Notes: generated by a model not told the origin, from the letters alone. Shown: positions 21,102 through 34,015, numbered from the whole stretch's first letter. The stretch is 59,341 nt of DNA, filler included, from Dirinaria sp. TL-2023a (GCA_051941275.1; 7 parts of 7 records of this genome joined end to end with filler, not necessarily neighbours in it); one strand, 5' to 3'. Numbers and translations: made by a program.

Positions 21102-22583
21102 GGCGACGGCTACGGATCAGGCATTCAGGCCGTCAGCATCTACTGAGACCCATTGGAGACCGCTGAGAAGTTTAGGCAATAGTTTTCTTGTTTGAATTAG
21201 TAGCGAAATTCTTCTTCTTTGCCGGATGGTCTTATATGATCTCTGCGCTGCTAGACTAAGGACTTATTGATAAGGCAACTTGGTGGGGTGGAGCGCGGTA
21301 TCCTGGCTAGCAGGCTCACTCAAAATTCACCCGATCCCCATCTACTGGAAAAGTTCATTCACTTGGACGGTGCGCGAGGCTCTTCCCGATTCCGGATGAA
21401 AGTGCCCGATATCGAATCCCCGAGAATATCGATCGCGGGTTGCCGAATTATTGCTCTCGATTTGCGGCCTTAGGAAAAGAGACCCTCTGAGATGATGGCC
21501 TACGGGTTAGTGACCCAACTGAGCTTCGAATAGACTCGACTCATGTTGCGATGACCACGCCGTTTCCTAACACCAACAAATCTGCTATCTCAGGTTCGAA
21601 CTTATCTGCTCCGCAAAGGTTACACTGAAACGCCACGTTCGGGATGAGCATTGTGTACACTCTTGTGAAAAATAAGAGCGGACCTAGGTTCATCTGGCGT
21701 TGGACCGCCAATGAATCTGAAGGCATTCACCGAACTTATTGGCAGGATAATCAAACAAATCAGCAGAGGGAAGAAGCCAATATCTAACCCATTAAGGGAC
21801 CAATCGGGATTCATCGGGATCAATCGGGAACTGGATCATGGAGGATTTCTTTTGCCGTTCTCTGATTTTGAACCTTCCGAGCACTCCAATCGTATGGCGG
21901 AAATCCTGCCAGACATCCTCTAATGCCGTGGTAAGCGAGAACTCTCGATAAGCGTTCTCACGTATCTACAGTCGGCACAAGGAGGTTGTTGAAATTAGCG
22001 TTTTCGCCGTCCTGAAATTGATCTGACATTCGACCGCGATGACTGGGAAGACAAGGTAATGCCAGGTGTCAAGGGATATTTGGGGTTGTCGCGATGTCTG
22101 AAGTACTTGTACTCGTACGAGTAATCAAGGGACTTCGACTGCTCTAACCTGAATCGTAGATAGTCCTAAGGCGGGGAATCCATCCCACCACGCGGGAGTA
22201 CAATAGACTTAATGCATGTCTTTTAGCGTTGGATACATGAATTCGGGCATGGAGTAACTTACCTACGCATGAGTACAAAGCCAGGAATGAGAAATCCCGA
22301 GCCCTCCATAGGCGCTCTGCAAGCGCATCCGCGCTGATCGCCTTAGCCAAGGCCTTGGATGTGGTCCAGTGCCCGGGTAGGGGTAGAGGGGTCGAGGGGT
22401 CGTGCCTCGGTATTTGAACTAAGCGCGATCAATTCCGCTAGTGCCGCTGCGGCCCGGAGTGCCACCTGGAAAATTGTCACTCCGGCCATTCAGTTTGGTG
22501 CGTCTGGTGTACCTGTCGACTCTTAAGCGCATGGTCTGATCAATCAGTAAGAGATTACCATTGCTCGAGGGTCTCGATATCCG

Positions 22584-25157
22584 ATGAACGCTCAATATGT
22601 CTGTATTCGATGCCGGCCCCTACTTGCTTGTTCCAGTCTCCAGGTCCGACGAGCAGGCTTCGTCTCTCTTGGCAGACTGGTAGAAAACGAACACACTGAA
22701 CTAGCGCCGCAACATGATCGTAAAGAATCCGGAGAGAGAAAGCTGGGTAAGCCTACTCAGTATCGACAGCGACGGGATGACAAGCTACTTGAGGATCTTT
22801 TTACATCCAGCCGCCGGCGGACCCAGTTCTCATCGAGAGGTGACGTTGCCGAAAATGATGGCAACGCACGCTCAGTTCACGATGTTCCTGCAAGACAGTT
22901 GATTGACGAGCAAATCGCGACTCTGAAACATCGAATGCATGTTCAAAAAGTTCCCATTCCGGAGTTGTGGAAGGACTTTCGGCAGCTGGTCGGCTCTACT
23001 GCGTGGCAACTCATGCAATCTGAGGCTGGAGGTAGGGAAGAGGTCGTCTGTTCAGCGGAGCAACTGGACGTGTTCCGCGATATCTTGCTACAGGTAGCCT
23101 GTGTGCGGTCTCCTGAAAGCCATCGCCAAGCGATCCCCTCCATAACAAAAGCTATAAAGTTGTATCAGGAGCAAGGCCTGATGAGAAATTGGTTTGACCA
23201 AATCCTGTGGAAATTTATATCTCGCTACCTACGATTGAGCCCCGACTTCTTCCGCAATCACCGAAAAGCGAGCGCTGCTGCTAACGGAGTTGCAAACCAT
23301 GTGCTGATGGAGATCGTCCAAATTTGGCAGATGCTGACTGACGAATCGGCAGGGCCGTCGACAATGTCATCAAATATTGGCCCTGATTCTACAGCGCGCA
23401 AAAGAAGATGGAGCGCTCTGCGCGCGATTGATCGTGAAAGCGAATCCTTGCCCTCTAACATCTCTGAACGTCTCCCTGAATGCTGGCACCGTCATCGAAG
23501 CACGAGCCAAGGAAACACTGGTTTGACTGTTGCAACGATCATGACAGTTGACATCCTTTCAAGAATGAAGAAGACAGACCCATCGTACTTTCTGACTCGC
23601 TTGGATGCAGAACCTCTGCTTGAATTCCTTTCCCGTTTAATCCAAGGAGGTAGTATCCAGCGGAGTATTATAATGGATAGTATGCAAAGAGAAAGCATTC
23701 CACGGCCTGTGGCAGAAGAGATTATTCGAAAATGGCAGACGATAAATGTCACGGTAGTCGAAAACCCGGCCATTGCCAATGTGCTGACTGAAGGGCAAGC
23801 CGTAGCAAAGGAGCGCAAAATCTCCTTTGCCCCGCCACCAGGCTGCTCGAGTGAGCTACGTCGAGCCACGCAAAACGCTGATTCTGTTCAGATTACAAAT
23901 CTTTGGCGTGAATTTCAAGAGCAAGTTCACTCTAAATCGCTTGAGGAGGGGACTTGCAACGAGCTGTTTGCGCAATTTATTTCTGCTTTCTTCACAGCAC
24001 GCCGCCAGTCTGATGCCGTAGAGGTGTGGAATTTCATGGTCAGTACAGGGCACCAACCAACATTGAGCCACTGGAACTCCATGCTCAAGGGCTGCACAAA
24101 CGCGAGAGATATCACATCATTGCGTGAGGTATGGAACAATATGCATTCTGCAAGGATCAAACCTGACATCTCGACGTGGAGTATTTGGATCCAAGGCCTC
24201 ATGGCCTGTAAGGCCTTGCGACAAGGACTTCAAGCGCTTGACGACCTCGGAAAGATATGGAAATCTGAAAAGACAATCGATTATGGTCTCCTACCGACCA
24301 TCGCACCTGTTCAAGCTGCCCTGAACGGACTAGCGGCAAGGGACAACATGAGACTGGCCGACACCGTGCTCGCGTGGGCGAAAACGCACTCCATACGCCT
24401 CGATACCCAAACATACAACATCATTCTCCGCCCCGCTGTCCGTTCCAACGACCAAGACAAGGTGCAATCCATCCTCAACGAGATGAGTACCAAAAACTGC
24501 CACCCTGACATCGCAACCTTCACCATCATGCTGAACGGCCTCCTGAGCAACCCCAGCAGCACCTTCCACTCACAGTCGCCCGCGCAGCAACAAGCGGCCG
24601 TGCTCTCGATCCTGCGCGACGTCGAGCAGCACGGCCTCAAAGCAAGCAAATACACCTACAGCACCATCCTCGACGGCCTGCTCGACCCGAAAGTGAGCAA
24701 CATCCCCGCCGCGCACGCCGTGCTGCAGCACATGGCCCAGAACCGCATCAGGGCCTCCCCGCACGTCTACACCATCCTGGTCACGCACTACTTCTCCCTC
24801 TCCCCGCCGGATCTGCCCGCCATCGACTCCCTGCTGCGGCGCATCCAGCTCGAGGGAACCCCGCTCGACCCGGTCTTCTACGACCGCATGATCGAGCAGT
24901 ACGCCTGGGTCGGCGAAACGGAGAAGATGCTGCTGATGCTGCGGCGCATGCCCGAGCAGGGCAAGAGCCCCGGGTGGATGGCGCTGCTGGCGTGTCTCCG
25001 GGCGCTGGTCGAGGCCCGCGAGTGGGAGAGCGTGGCGGATTTGGTAAGGGATGTGGAGCGCGAAGGCGGCCTCTTGAGGCACGGCAATGGGCCGTGGAGG
25101 GGCAAGGATGATTTTTGGGAGCTGGTCCAGGAGGTGAAGCACGAGGCTGGCCTCTGA
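22584..25157 (+). CDS. Pentatricopeptide-repeat (PPR) protein, probably a mitochondrial RNA-binding factor, 857 aa
   Basis: Tandem ~35-aa PPR units: PTLSHWNSMLKGC, KPDISTWSIWIQGL, LDTQTYNIILR, HPDIATFTIMLNGL, SKYTYSTILDGL, SPHVYTILV. Arg-rich presequence-like N-terminus. Confidence 0.88.
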   Translation: MNAQYVCIRCRPLLACSSLQVRRAGFVSLGRLVENEHTELAPQHDRKESGERKLGKPTQYRQRRDDKLLEDLFTSSRRRTQFSSRGDVAENDGNARSVHDVPARQLIDEQIATLKHRMHVQKVPIPELWKDFRQLVGSTAWQLMQSEAGGREEVVCSAEQLDVFRDILLQVACVRSPESHRQAIPSITKAIKLYQEQGLMRNWFDQILWKFISRYLRLSPDFFRNHRKASAAANGVANHVLMEIVQIWQMLTDESAGPSTMSSNIGPDSTARKRRWSALRAIDRESESLPSNISERLPECWHRHRSTSQGNTGLTVATIMTVDILSRMKKTDPSYFLTRLDAEPLLEFLSRLIQGGSIQRSIIMDSMQRESIPRPVAEEIIRKWQTINVTVVENPAIANVLTEGQAVAKERKISFAPPPGCSSELRRATQNADSVQITNLWREFQEQVHSKSLEEGTCNELFAQFISAFFTARRQSDAVEVWNFMVSTGHQPTLSHWNSMLKGCTNARDITSLREVWNNMHSARIKPDISTWSIWIQGLMACKALRQGLQALDDLGKIWKSEKTIDYGLLPTIAPVQAALNGLAARDNMRLADTVLAWAKTHSIRLDTQTYNIILRPAVRSNDQDKVQSILNEMSTKNCHPDIATFTIMLNGLLSNPSSTFHSQSPAQQQAAVLSILRDVEQHGLKASKYTYSTILDGLLDPKVSNIPAAHAVLQHMAQNRIRASPHVYTILVTHYFSLSPPDLPAIDSLLRRIQLEGTPLDPVFYDRMIEQYAWVGETEKMLLMLRRMPEQGKSPGWMALLACLRALVEAREWESVADLVRDVEREGGLLRHGNGPWRGKDDFWELVQEVKHEAGL

Positions 25158-25416
25158 CGCTGACATAGGTGTTGTATATATAGCCCAATTGAGCTCTACT
25201 ACCTACTGCACTAGTCTATGACATAAAAATTATTCCACGCGCTTATAGGGGTATCTCAGATTTTCTATAATTTCCCGGGATTGTAGACATGTCCCCATCC
25301 CGTCCATCATAAATCTCACAACAACAAAAAAAAAAAAAACATCAATCATCCCTCACCCCCAAGCTCATCCCCAAGCTCATCTCCTCCCCCACTCTCCTCC
25401 CCCTCCTCCTCAATCT

Positions 25417-25516
25417 NNNNNNNNNNNNNNNNNNNNNNNNNNNNNNNNNNNNNNNNNNNNTTAATTAATTAANNNNNNNNNNNNNNNNNNNNNNNNNNNN
25501 NNNNNNNNNNNNNNNN
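25417..25516. other. Artificial contig spacer
   Basis: N44-TTAATTAATTAA-N44. Confidence 0.99.
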
Positions 25517-25918
25517 GGTTCTGGGGAGGATGATGCATGTCCGATCCACGATTACCTATCTTAAGGTAACGCTGGAAGAGAGATATTAGGGTTATTATAG
25601 GGTTTTAAGGTTCGATGCCACAGGAAAAGAAATGGGGGTGACTCGGGCTCGTCGGGATTCGTTTGCCGTGATGAACGGAGGGACGGGGACCGAGTTATTC
25701 TTTCCTCCATACAGTGGATTTCATATAAGATGCACCTTATATGGCTCATTCATTGTTTGTTGTTGATTTCAAGCCCGCATTATTTAACGATTTTATTTCT
25801 CTCCATAGGGTCAGATAAATCCTAAATCCTATTGTCATCATAGCGTCACTCAACGATTGATCTTGAAAGATTTTCCCCTTCTTTAATCCGAAAATCTTAA
25901 GTCCGCAGAACAGAAATA

Positions 25919-26253
25919 ATGCCGGAATCAGAACCAAGCCATTATTCCCAGGAGCGATATACGGCGGTCAGTAATCAGTTTGTGATAGAAAAAAACCCCC
26001 CCCACAGCAGTCTCCGCTGACTGACGATGAAATTCCCGCCCACCAGATCTTATGCAATGTGCGAAATGTGCGCCTGACCTGGGGTCAAGCCAGCGCGCAA
26101 TACAGGGACGCGGTCGCCATCGCGGTCGAGTATTTGCGGAGTCTGCAGAATAATGATGATGCCGCGGCGGGCACAGATGGGTTGTTGGCGGCGCTGGAGC
26201 AGCTTTCTATTTCTCAGCAGCATAGCCAGCGCTTTCCGGATCGGAACGGTTGA
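25919..26253 (+). CDS. Small spliced hypothetical protein, 84 aa (exons 25919-25966 and 26047-26253)
   Basis: ATG at 25919. An 80-nt phase-0 intron (GTCAGT donor, GCTGAC branch site, CAG acceptor) joins in frame to the GTG-start ORF 26059-26253, giving MPESEPSHYSQERYTA|ILCNVRNVRLTWGQASAQYRDAVAIAVEYLRSL...LLAALEQLSI. Confidence 0.6.
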
Positions 26254-26662
26254 TTTTCTGAGAGAACAGTAGTGGGTTGTAAGAAGAAATGATCACGAAG
26301 AAGGTGAGTAAGGTAGTTGTGGTGTCAAGCACTTTCATGAAAACAAGAAAAAAGAAAAGAAGCTAAAACAAACATGAATGCTCAGTATATTCAGACTGAG
26401 GTCCGAGGCCTCACATATTTGTCTTCCATCACAGCAGGGACGCTGAGGAAATAATCAGCGCCGTATACACTCCGACACCATTCATATCGCTGCCGTAAAT
26501 TTGCCAATTGCGTCCGAGGGAATCGCCAAAATGCAACCTAATTACAAGAAAGGTAAACCTCCCACGGAAAAACCTGCGCGATGCATGTTCGAAAACCGAG
26601 GAGCTGCCGATCCGCCGACGAGCCGCTTCTCATGTTTCTCGCCGCACGGAAAATCCATTGCC

Positions 26663-28007
26663 CTACTGGATCAGTGGCTTCCTTGTCGTCCCCACAAACG
26701 TGAAGCCTAGCGTGTGGAGGGCATTGTAATCGTTCATCTTTACTATCGTTGGGGCGGGCAACATTGGGTTGTCTGGCCGGACTGAGCGAGCGTCATTACA
26801 TGCCTGCTCGATAGCTTCCATTTCTTCTTTACAGCCGGTATGGTCGAGTGGGCAGACAACGATGGGTACTCGGAGGAGTATGTCTTTCGCAGAAGTCATG
26901 TGCGCCTGATGCGTTGGATCAGTGTGAATGATCTGGGGCCAGAGGCTGCGGAAGCTTACCTTGACAGTCAAATAGTACTCAATTTTATACAATCTCCCTT
27001 CAGTCGTAAAGCCAGGGAATGAGTACGTGGGAAAAGCCTGTTTCCCCCGGGGTATGATTCCATCGCTGTCCCGTGGATCTTTCGCGGGGAACACCAGCCC
27101 CAGACTTGTGAAATATCCCGCCTCTGGCATCCTGATACCGACGGGTTGGCTATTTTTGGTCAGACTTTTGACTTTCTTTTGGGGCTCGTCACCCTCGTGG
27201 TTGTAAGTGATTTCTTCATCAATACCGATCGTAATCTTCTGTATCGTTACCCGTTTCGCCTTGTTCAGCCAATCCGGATTGGGCGAGAGTTTGATGTAGA
27301 CGCTCACGGGGTCAAGAGGGCCGTACGACCATCGAGGTAACGAGATCCCGAGAGTGACGAGGTGGTCGGATACTTGCTCCGCTGATTCTGGCCGATTATA
27401 CATACCAAAGGTTGACAGCCTATCGTATCTCGATATAGGCACCGGAAAGGCATATTTCTTTTGCTCGGACTGGCTCTGCTGCACGGTGACGACCATTTCG
27501 TAGAACGTCTCTGCCGTCCTGCTGGGAAGCTGTAGACTCGCCGGTGGTAGTCTGCGTGCTGTCTCCTCGCCTCCTCGTCCGAACGGTATAAAGAGCACGA
27601 AGGGCAAGTCCATTGAAAAGACGTTCTCATACTCCTTGCCAGCCGGACATCGAAACAACAGCATCTCCTTCCCGACGATATCGGTGAGCTCTTTCCGTGG
27701 CGCTGCAAGGTGCTTTTTGGTGACCGAGTCTGCCGAAGGGTGTATGGTTTCGCGCCGCTGAAGCATGATGGTGACGAGGGATACCGAGACTGGGGCAGAT
27801 ACGCCATCCTTGGGCCTGATCTCGACCTTTCCTTCTATCCTAGGCTGTACAGAGACGCAAGTTAGTGCGAGGTTTCATTTATCACGCTGTTTAGCCGAGT
27901 TCTGCGACCGCACATGCGACCCGACTCACCAATGTCGCCGATATGCCTGGATACCCAACTACGAATGCTCCATTGGGAGGACCGCAGACACGGACGAAGG
28001 CTGTCAT
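26663..28007 (-). CDS. Arrestin-domain protein (S. pombe Art1-like); 3 exons
   Basis: MTAFVRVCGPPNGAFVVGYPGISATL|PRIEGKVEIRP, DLPFVLFIP, RYDRLSTFGMY, PRWSYGPLDP, GFTTEGRLYKIEYYLTVK|AH. Canonical GT-AG introns. Confidence 0.82.
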
Positions 28008-28587
28008 TGAGGCTCAAGACTGGGCTCAGCCAGGCCAGCGCATGCTTCGAGGGTCGCTCGATGCAAGCGCATCCACGACTGGCGCCGGCTTCGATCTCTG
28101 GTTTTGGTGTCCCTGCCAACTGCTCGCTTCAACACTGACGGATTGTTGTTCCGAGCAAATTTCTCCGTCGCTGGAGCTCTTGGATCGCGTGAAGCTGCGC
28201 GGGAACGCTGGGATAGTGGGGTACTTGACGGATTATGAGTGAGATCGCCAGTAGCAATTTGGTGAAGAAAAGTTACCTTGTAGACGGGATCTCATAAGGT
28301 AACCACTAACCAGGCCCGCAATCAGGCCGCTACCAAAGTCCAGATTAGGCGCCGCTTGGGCCCAGAATGATGCCAAGACACACGCTCTCTCCGCCTCGTC
28401 CACTCGGCTCAAAGACCTCAAAGTCGATCGGCACTGGATCATATGCGAGGCTGACGAATACTTTCCTTATTGCCCAACGTGTCAACGGTACATACCGTTA
28501 GGTACGTACCTTAGGTACCTCTGTTGGTACCATCGTCCTGACATTCCTCTCGCCCGCTGCCGGCGATGACGAAGACCCATCGGCGCC

Positions 28588-29153
28588 ATGTCCGTCACCC
28601 TCCATACCTCAGCAGGCAACCTCAAGATTGAAGTCTTTTGTGAGAGCGTCAGCAAGACGGCAGAAGTAAGTCTGCACCGCCCCTTTTTTACTCGCATGAA
28701 CAATTGACTCGTGAAGCATTGCATTACTGACCGGTTCCTTGGTAGAACTTCCTTGCACTCTGCGCTTCCGGTGCTTACGATGGATCGCCTTTCCATCGGT
28801 CCATTCCTTCGTTCATGATTCAAAGCGGCTCGCCTGCGTCCGCAGGTCCCAAGGTCAGCACCTCGATCTGGGGTTCGGACTTCGAAGACGAGATCCGACC
28901 AACATTGCGGCACAACGCGCGTGGAATAGTCAGTATGGCCAACAAAGGCCCGGGTACCAATGGAAGTCAATTCTTCATTTGCTACGCAGCAGCGCCGCAC
29001 TTGGACGGGAAGAACACGGTTTTTGGAAGGGTAATTGGAGGGATGGATACCTTGGATGTGCTAGAGGCAAAGGAGGTTGATAAGAAAGGTAGACCGAAAG
29101 ACAAGATGACGATCGAGAGTGTCACGATGCATGCCAACCCTCTCGCTGTGTAG
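28588..29153 (+). CDS. cyp10: Cyclophilin-type peptidyl-prolyl isomerase, PPIL3/Cyp10-like; 2 exons
   Basis: MSVTLHTSAGNLKIEVFCE..KTAE|NFLALCASGAY..FHR..FMIQSG, SMANKGPGTNGSQFFI, HLDGKNTVFGRVI and C-terminal HANPLA. Confidence 0.92.
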
Positions 29154-29603
29154 CAGAGATCGGAATGTCTTGGCTTCCAGATTGCGCCAATAACCAGTCT
29201 CCCGAATACATGGCTTCTCTTTGGCTATGTGATAGTCAAGTCTAATTCTAGGGATTTGACCAGTCATGTACGCGTGCACCCTGGATCGACGAGTCGGAGT
29301 ACAAATCATGTTGCTCCTCCGACTTACAAGGAACCATCCCTTGCATAGAACTGAGCCACCTGACGAATTCTCCGCCATCGTGAAGCCATTGTATGCACCG
29401 CTCAAAGTTCGAATATTGATTCATGCGTGGACGCTATCTTGATTCATGAGCGATTACCTTAATGAGTATTAGCATCTCTACTACTACCTATGACCTTGCC
29501 CTAGGGCTCTGCAGGCTCTTAGTGTTGCTGAAGCTTTCTATTGGTCCATCTGGCGTCCAAGTCCTGAAGTATCTGCTTGCTATGACCGTGACGCGAGAAA
29601 GTT

Positions 29604-31248
29604 TCAAGTCTCCTGCTCGTACTCTCCAGTCTCCTCGTTCAGTTTTGTCTTCATTTCCGCCAAACCCAATTCTTCCGATTCCTCTTCGCTCCTCATATAT
29701 TGTTCTATTACCAACTTCGAATCAGGATCTGGTGCTTGTAGGCTTTGAATGTAGCTATTGTCGAGAGGATCAGACATGATGAGTGTGAACGCCATTTTGC
29801 CGCTGATAGCATTGTTGAGAGTGGTGAAGAAGTCCTCCCATTCATGTCGCTTTTCGGAAGACATTGAGTCACCGGTCTCTTCTTTTGGCCGATCGGTGTC
29901 GAAAATGTCTCGTTGAAGGTCGTCACGCATTTGTGTCAGGATACCTTCAACGGTCGTGAAACGTCCGCCCATCGTTCCAGGAGCTATCTCAACTCTACAC
30001 TCCGGCACTAGCAAGGTGCAGTTCTCGGACTTCAGTAAGTCTCGGCTCAGGTCTTCGCTGTCCTTGACATGGAGCGTGATACGCTTTCCAAACTCAGGGA
30101 CTTCTCCTCCAGTTTTGACATCGTTGGTACGATAGCCGCAATGCTCACAGTTTAGAGAGGAAAGAATGACTTCCTTGAAATGCGGCACATTGACGGACTG
30201 TAGATTTATCCAAGCCTGCTTCATGCATCCTGGGCATGATGACTCAATTGAGTACACTGCATCTTTGTAAAGGTCAACATCGACGAGAGGATCTCCATCC
30301 TCCGCCTGGACCTGAGGCACCATATGAGCGTTGGTTTCGACCTTTGAATCAACGTTGTCTGTGCTGTTGGATGATTGGCCTAAACCAAGAGCAGCATTCT
30401 GCTCAGCAGTTCTTGGGTACTCTGAGCGGAAGTATTTGCCTTTGGTCTCGATGTCTTTTACAGATGGCTCAATCCAGGAGTTACCGGACGGATCATTCAA
30501 TGCGACAGTGAATGGCATACCTCGTCCAATCATCATGTCAATCAGCTTTTGTGTAATAGCGTCGATCTTTTCGAATACGTCTGGAAAGTTCTCCTTTCTA
30601 TCCTTTTGACCTGATTCGAGGTCTCGCAGAATCTTAGTGAGCAGGCCTTCGATGTTCGTAGTCTGGCCGGAGCCTGCTGGCATTTCAATATCAAGCTCTT
30701 CGATACGAAATATGGCTTCATCGGACTTAATGATGCTTCGCTCAAGGTCATCGGGGTGATGCAAAGTGAACAAGTACTTCGAGCCTTTCTCCTGAATCTC
30801 CCCAGCGTTCTGAATCGACGTATCGGAATGGCCGCAGTGAGAGCAAGAGAAGGACATAATAATTGTTTCTCGGAAAAATGGTATTTTGGTAAGGAGCATT
30901 CGTGTTTCGCCCTGCATATGCCTCGTAAGCCGATCATTGCCGACGAGATACCCCAATAGGAACTGGATGCCAGCCGAATTTGGGCAAAATCATGATACTC
31001 ACATTCTGCTGGCAATTCATGCATAGGCTTTCGATCTTTTCCACCACCTTATCACCAATCCAACGATACTCCTCGGGTTCATCTGTGCCACCTTCTTCTG
31101 TTTCGTGTCTGTCATTGCTTTTGAGCTCTAATTTCTGGACTTGCTGGCCTATGGTGTCGAAGACATCGTTGGTTGTAGGGTGTGGCGAGTCCGCCTGAAC
31201 CACGCCCTGGCTCTCAGCTGCATGGTTCGTGTCAGAGTGGACACTCAT
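29604..31248 (-). CDS. zpr1: Zinc finger protein Zpr1 (eEF1A chaperone); 2 exons
   Basis: Two ZnF/A-B modules: IESLCMNCQQN|GETRMLLTKIPFFRE..SFSCSHCG and SCPGC..PHFKEV..CEHCGYRTNDVKTGG. Also GRFTTVEG and DPSGNSWI. Confidence 0.96.
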
Positions 31249-32257
31249 GATGAACTTAATTTGAGGTATCAAGGAGCTTGGTCTCAAAGAAAAAATAGCA
31301 GGTCACTTCGCGAAATTTCTGCAAAGCGGCATTAGCCACGCGATTCATGACCTTAATATGAGTAAACTTTCGTTCTCGTCATTCAACTGCTGATGAGCAA
31401 TATTCAGAAGCAGGAAGAGACAAAAGAAATTGAGACCTTGGATAGACGCTGCTTCAACGAATGAATGATGTTATCACAAGTATAGAATGAATTGTATAAG
31501 CCAAGTGCCCAATAAATGTGTGAAGGGTACAAGCCTTAGGGCATCGCGCTGCATTAAGGTAAGGTAAGTAAAGTAAGGTCAGTTAGCTGTAAGAGCGACA
31601 GCCAAAAACGGAAAGGCCAAGGGCGTGACTGCTTTACGGAGAATGCGTGGTTTCCGAGCGGTAAATGATTATGAAGACCCAAATAGTGGCGCTTGGAGCT
31701 CTTGCTGTCTTCGATCACTCCTATTATGAATGTACTTTCGAAGCATGAATTGAAAGCGACTTGATGTCAAACAGAAAATTATCGCATCGTGCATTAAAAG
31801 TTTACCTTATCGATAATGCTGCGCTAGGGGAATCGGGCCTTCTGCCGACATATTTTGCTGCATGTGAAGGAATGAGATGCGAGGATGCTACAGGTAGATT
31901 GTTTCATGCCTTGATCACTTCGAGTGCTCTCTGTGATGTGATATTGCTACCTAACTTTCTGGGAAAAAGGTAATTGTCATTTTTGAGAGGCTTGCAGCAG
32001 TATTGAAAGCCGACATACCTCCTTTACTTAGCATCACTGTAAGTCCCAACTCGAAGCTCAATCTGGTAGCTCCTAGCTCTCGAAACTTGGCAAAGGAAAG
32101 CTCTACCTTATGATATGGATGCATCATAGTTGTCTCTTGATCAAAATATTTTGCCTTTATTCAAAGGAGCCAGTCTTCGATCCTTGAATCCCCATCGAGG
32201 CGACAGCGCTATTTCTCTCCCTCCCAGAACACCAAGGTGTCTTGAGCGTTGCGGAAA

Positions 32258-33915
32258 ATGCGTATAGCAGTCGAAGGCTGCGTCAGTGCTCTCTCTCCTA
32301 AAAGTCGTGTACACTGCGTCTAATTTCACACCAGGGTCACGGCACTCTCCATTCTATTTACGCATCTATAGCCAAAACATGTAAGGTCCATCATTGGGAT
32401 GGCGTCGATCTACTCATTATCGGTGGAGACTTCCAAGTACGCGCCCCAAATCCTATCTTCTTTACAGTCGTGAACTTACGTCCCATCCCCTCAAGGCTGT
32501 CCGCAATGCCCATGACCTCGCCACCATGTCTGTGCCAAGCAAATACCGTGCCATTGGCGACTTTCACGAATATTATTCCGGGGCCCGTCTCGCACCCTAT
32601 TTGACTATTTTCGTAGGCGGAAACCATGAATCATCAGCGCACCTACTCTCTCTGCCCTATGGTGGCTGGGTTGCGCCTCGGATCTACTATATGGGCTTCA
32701 GTTCAGTAGTCCGCTTTGGTGGCTTGCGGATCGCGGGCTTGTCCGGCATATGGAAGCGGTATAATTACAATCGACCGCACGAGGAGAGACTCCCGCTCAG
32801 CGCGGATGATATCAAGTCGATCTACCACGTCCGTGAGTGGGACGCCAGGAAGTTGCTGCAAGTAAGAAGGCAGGTCGACGTAGGGTTGAGTCACGATTGG
32901 CCCCGAGGCGTAGAGTGGAAAGGCGATTGGAAAAGCCTATTTAGGAAGAAGCAGGGATTTGAGGAGGATGCGAGGGCAGGAATTTTGGGAAGTGTGGCTG
33001 CGGAAAGAATTATGGAAAGATTGATACCGAAATGGTGGTTCAGTGCTCATCTCCATGTCAAGTTCGCCGCTGTGGTAGACTGGGATGACAAAAAGGACGC
33101 GAATGGGCCAACCGGTAATCCGAATCCGAACGAGATACCTCTCGACCTCCTAGATGGAGAAGAGCAACATTCACCGGGTGCAGAGACCGCCGGCCCTGTA
33201 CATAATGAAGACGAAATCGAGCTAGATCTCGACGAGGAGGAGGAGGAGGAGACCAAACCTGACCCAGAACCTCAAAGCGAGTCGCAGTCGACTCAAAACC
33301 AAGTGCCAGAAGCCATCCGGGACCAGCTTCCAGCCTCATTTTCCAAACCAGCCGAGAAACCCGCACCACCACCACCACCACCGCCGCCGCCGCCACGTCC
33401 AGACATCACCAACCAACGAACCCACTTCCTCGCTCTTGACAAGTGCCTACCGAACCGCCAATTTCTCCAGATCCTCGACATCGAACCTATCAGCCAACCC
33501 GGCACCGATTCCGACCCCAACTCCAACACGACCTCCTCACCACCCCAATTAACCTATGACCGTGAGTGGCTCGCCATCGAACGTGTTTTCGCGCGCGAAG
33601 GCAACCCCACCCAGCGCTTCTCCAGCACCCATGCCTTCCCACCGGACAAAGGCGAAGCATACTACGCGCCCCTGATCTCCGCGGAGGAAGAATGGGTCGA
33701 CGAAAACCTCGTGCGCGCGGGGAAGATGGCAGTTCCTGAGAACTTCGAGCTGACGGCGCCGGTGTATGATCCGAGCATCAGCATACAGACCCGGGAACAG
33801 CCGCGGGAGGCGCCGAACCCGCAAACGGCGGCTTTTTGTCACTTGCTGGATATCCCGGATTTCTTTCGGAGTAGTGAAGAGGAGATCGAGGAGAGGGTGA
33901 GGAGGGGGCCGAAGG
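32258..33915 (+). CDS. dbr1: RNA lariat debranching enzyme Dbr1 (3' end truncated by gap)
   Basis: MRIAVEGC|GHGTLHSIY, GGDFQ|AVRN, FVGGNHE, SHDWP, WFSAHLH and FLALDKCLP metallophosphoesterase/Dbr1 motifs. Confidence 0.95.
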
Positions 33916-34015
33916 NNNNNNNNNNNNNNNNNNNNNNNNNNNNNNNNNNNNNNNNNNNNTTAATTAATTAANNNNNNNNNNNNNNNNNNNNNNNNNNNNN
34001 NNNNNNNNNNNNNNN
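33916..34015. other. Artificial contig spacer
   Basis: N44-TTAATTAATTAA-N44. Confidence 0.99.

Noticed and set aside
24311..25188. Long antisense ORFs over the PPR gene 3' end (also 50027-50686 over the PX gene)
   Set aside because: These are shadow ORFs expected from GC-rich codon bias on the coding strand.
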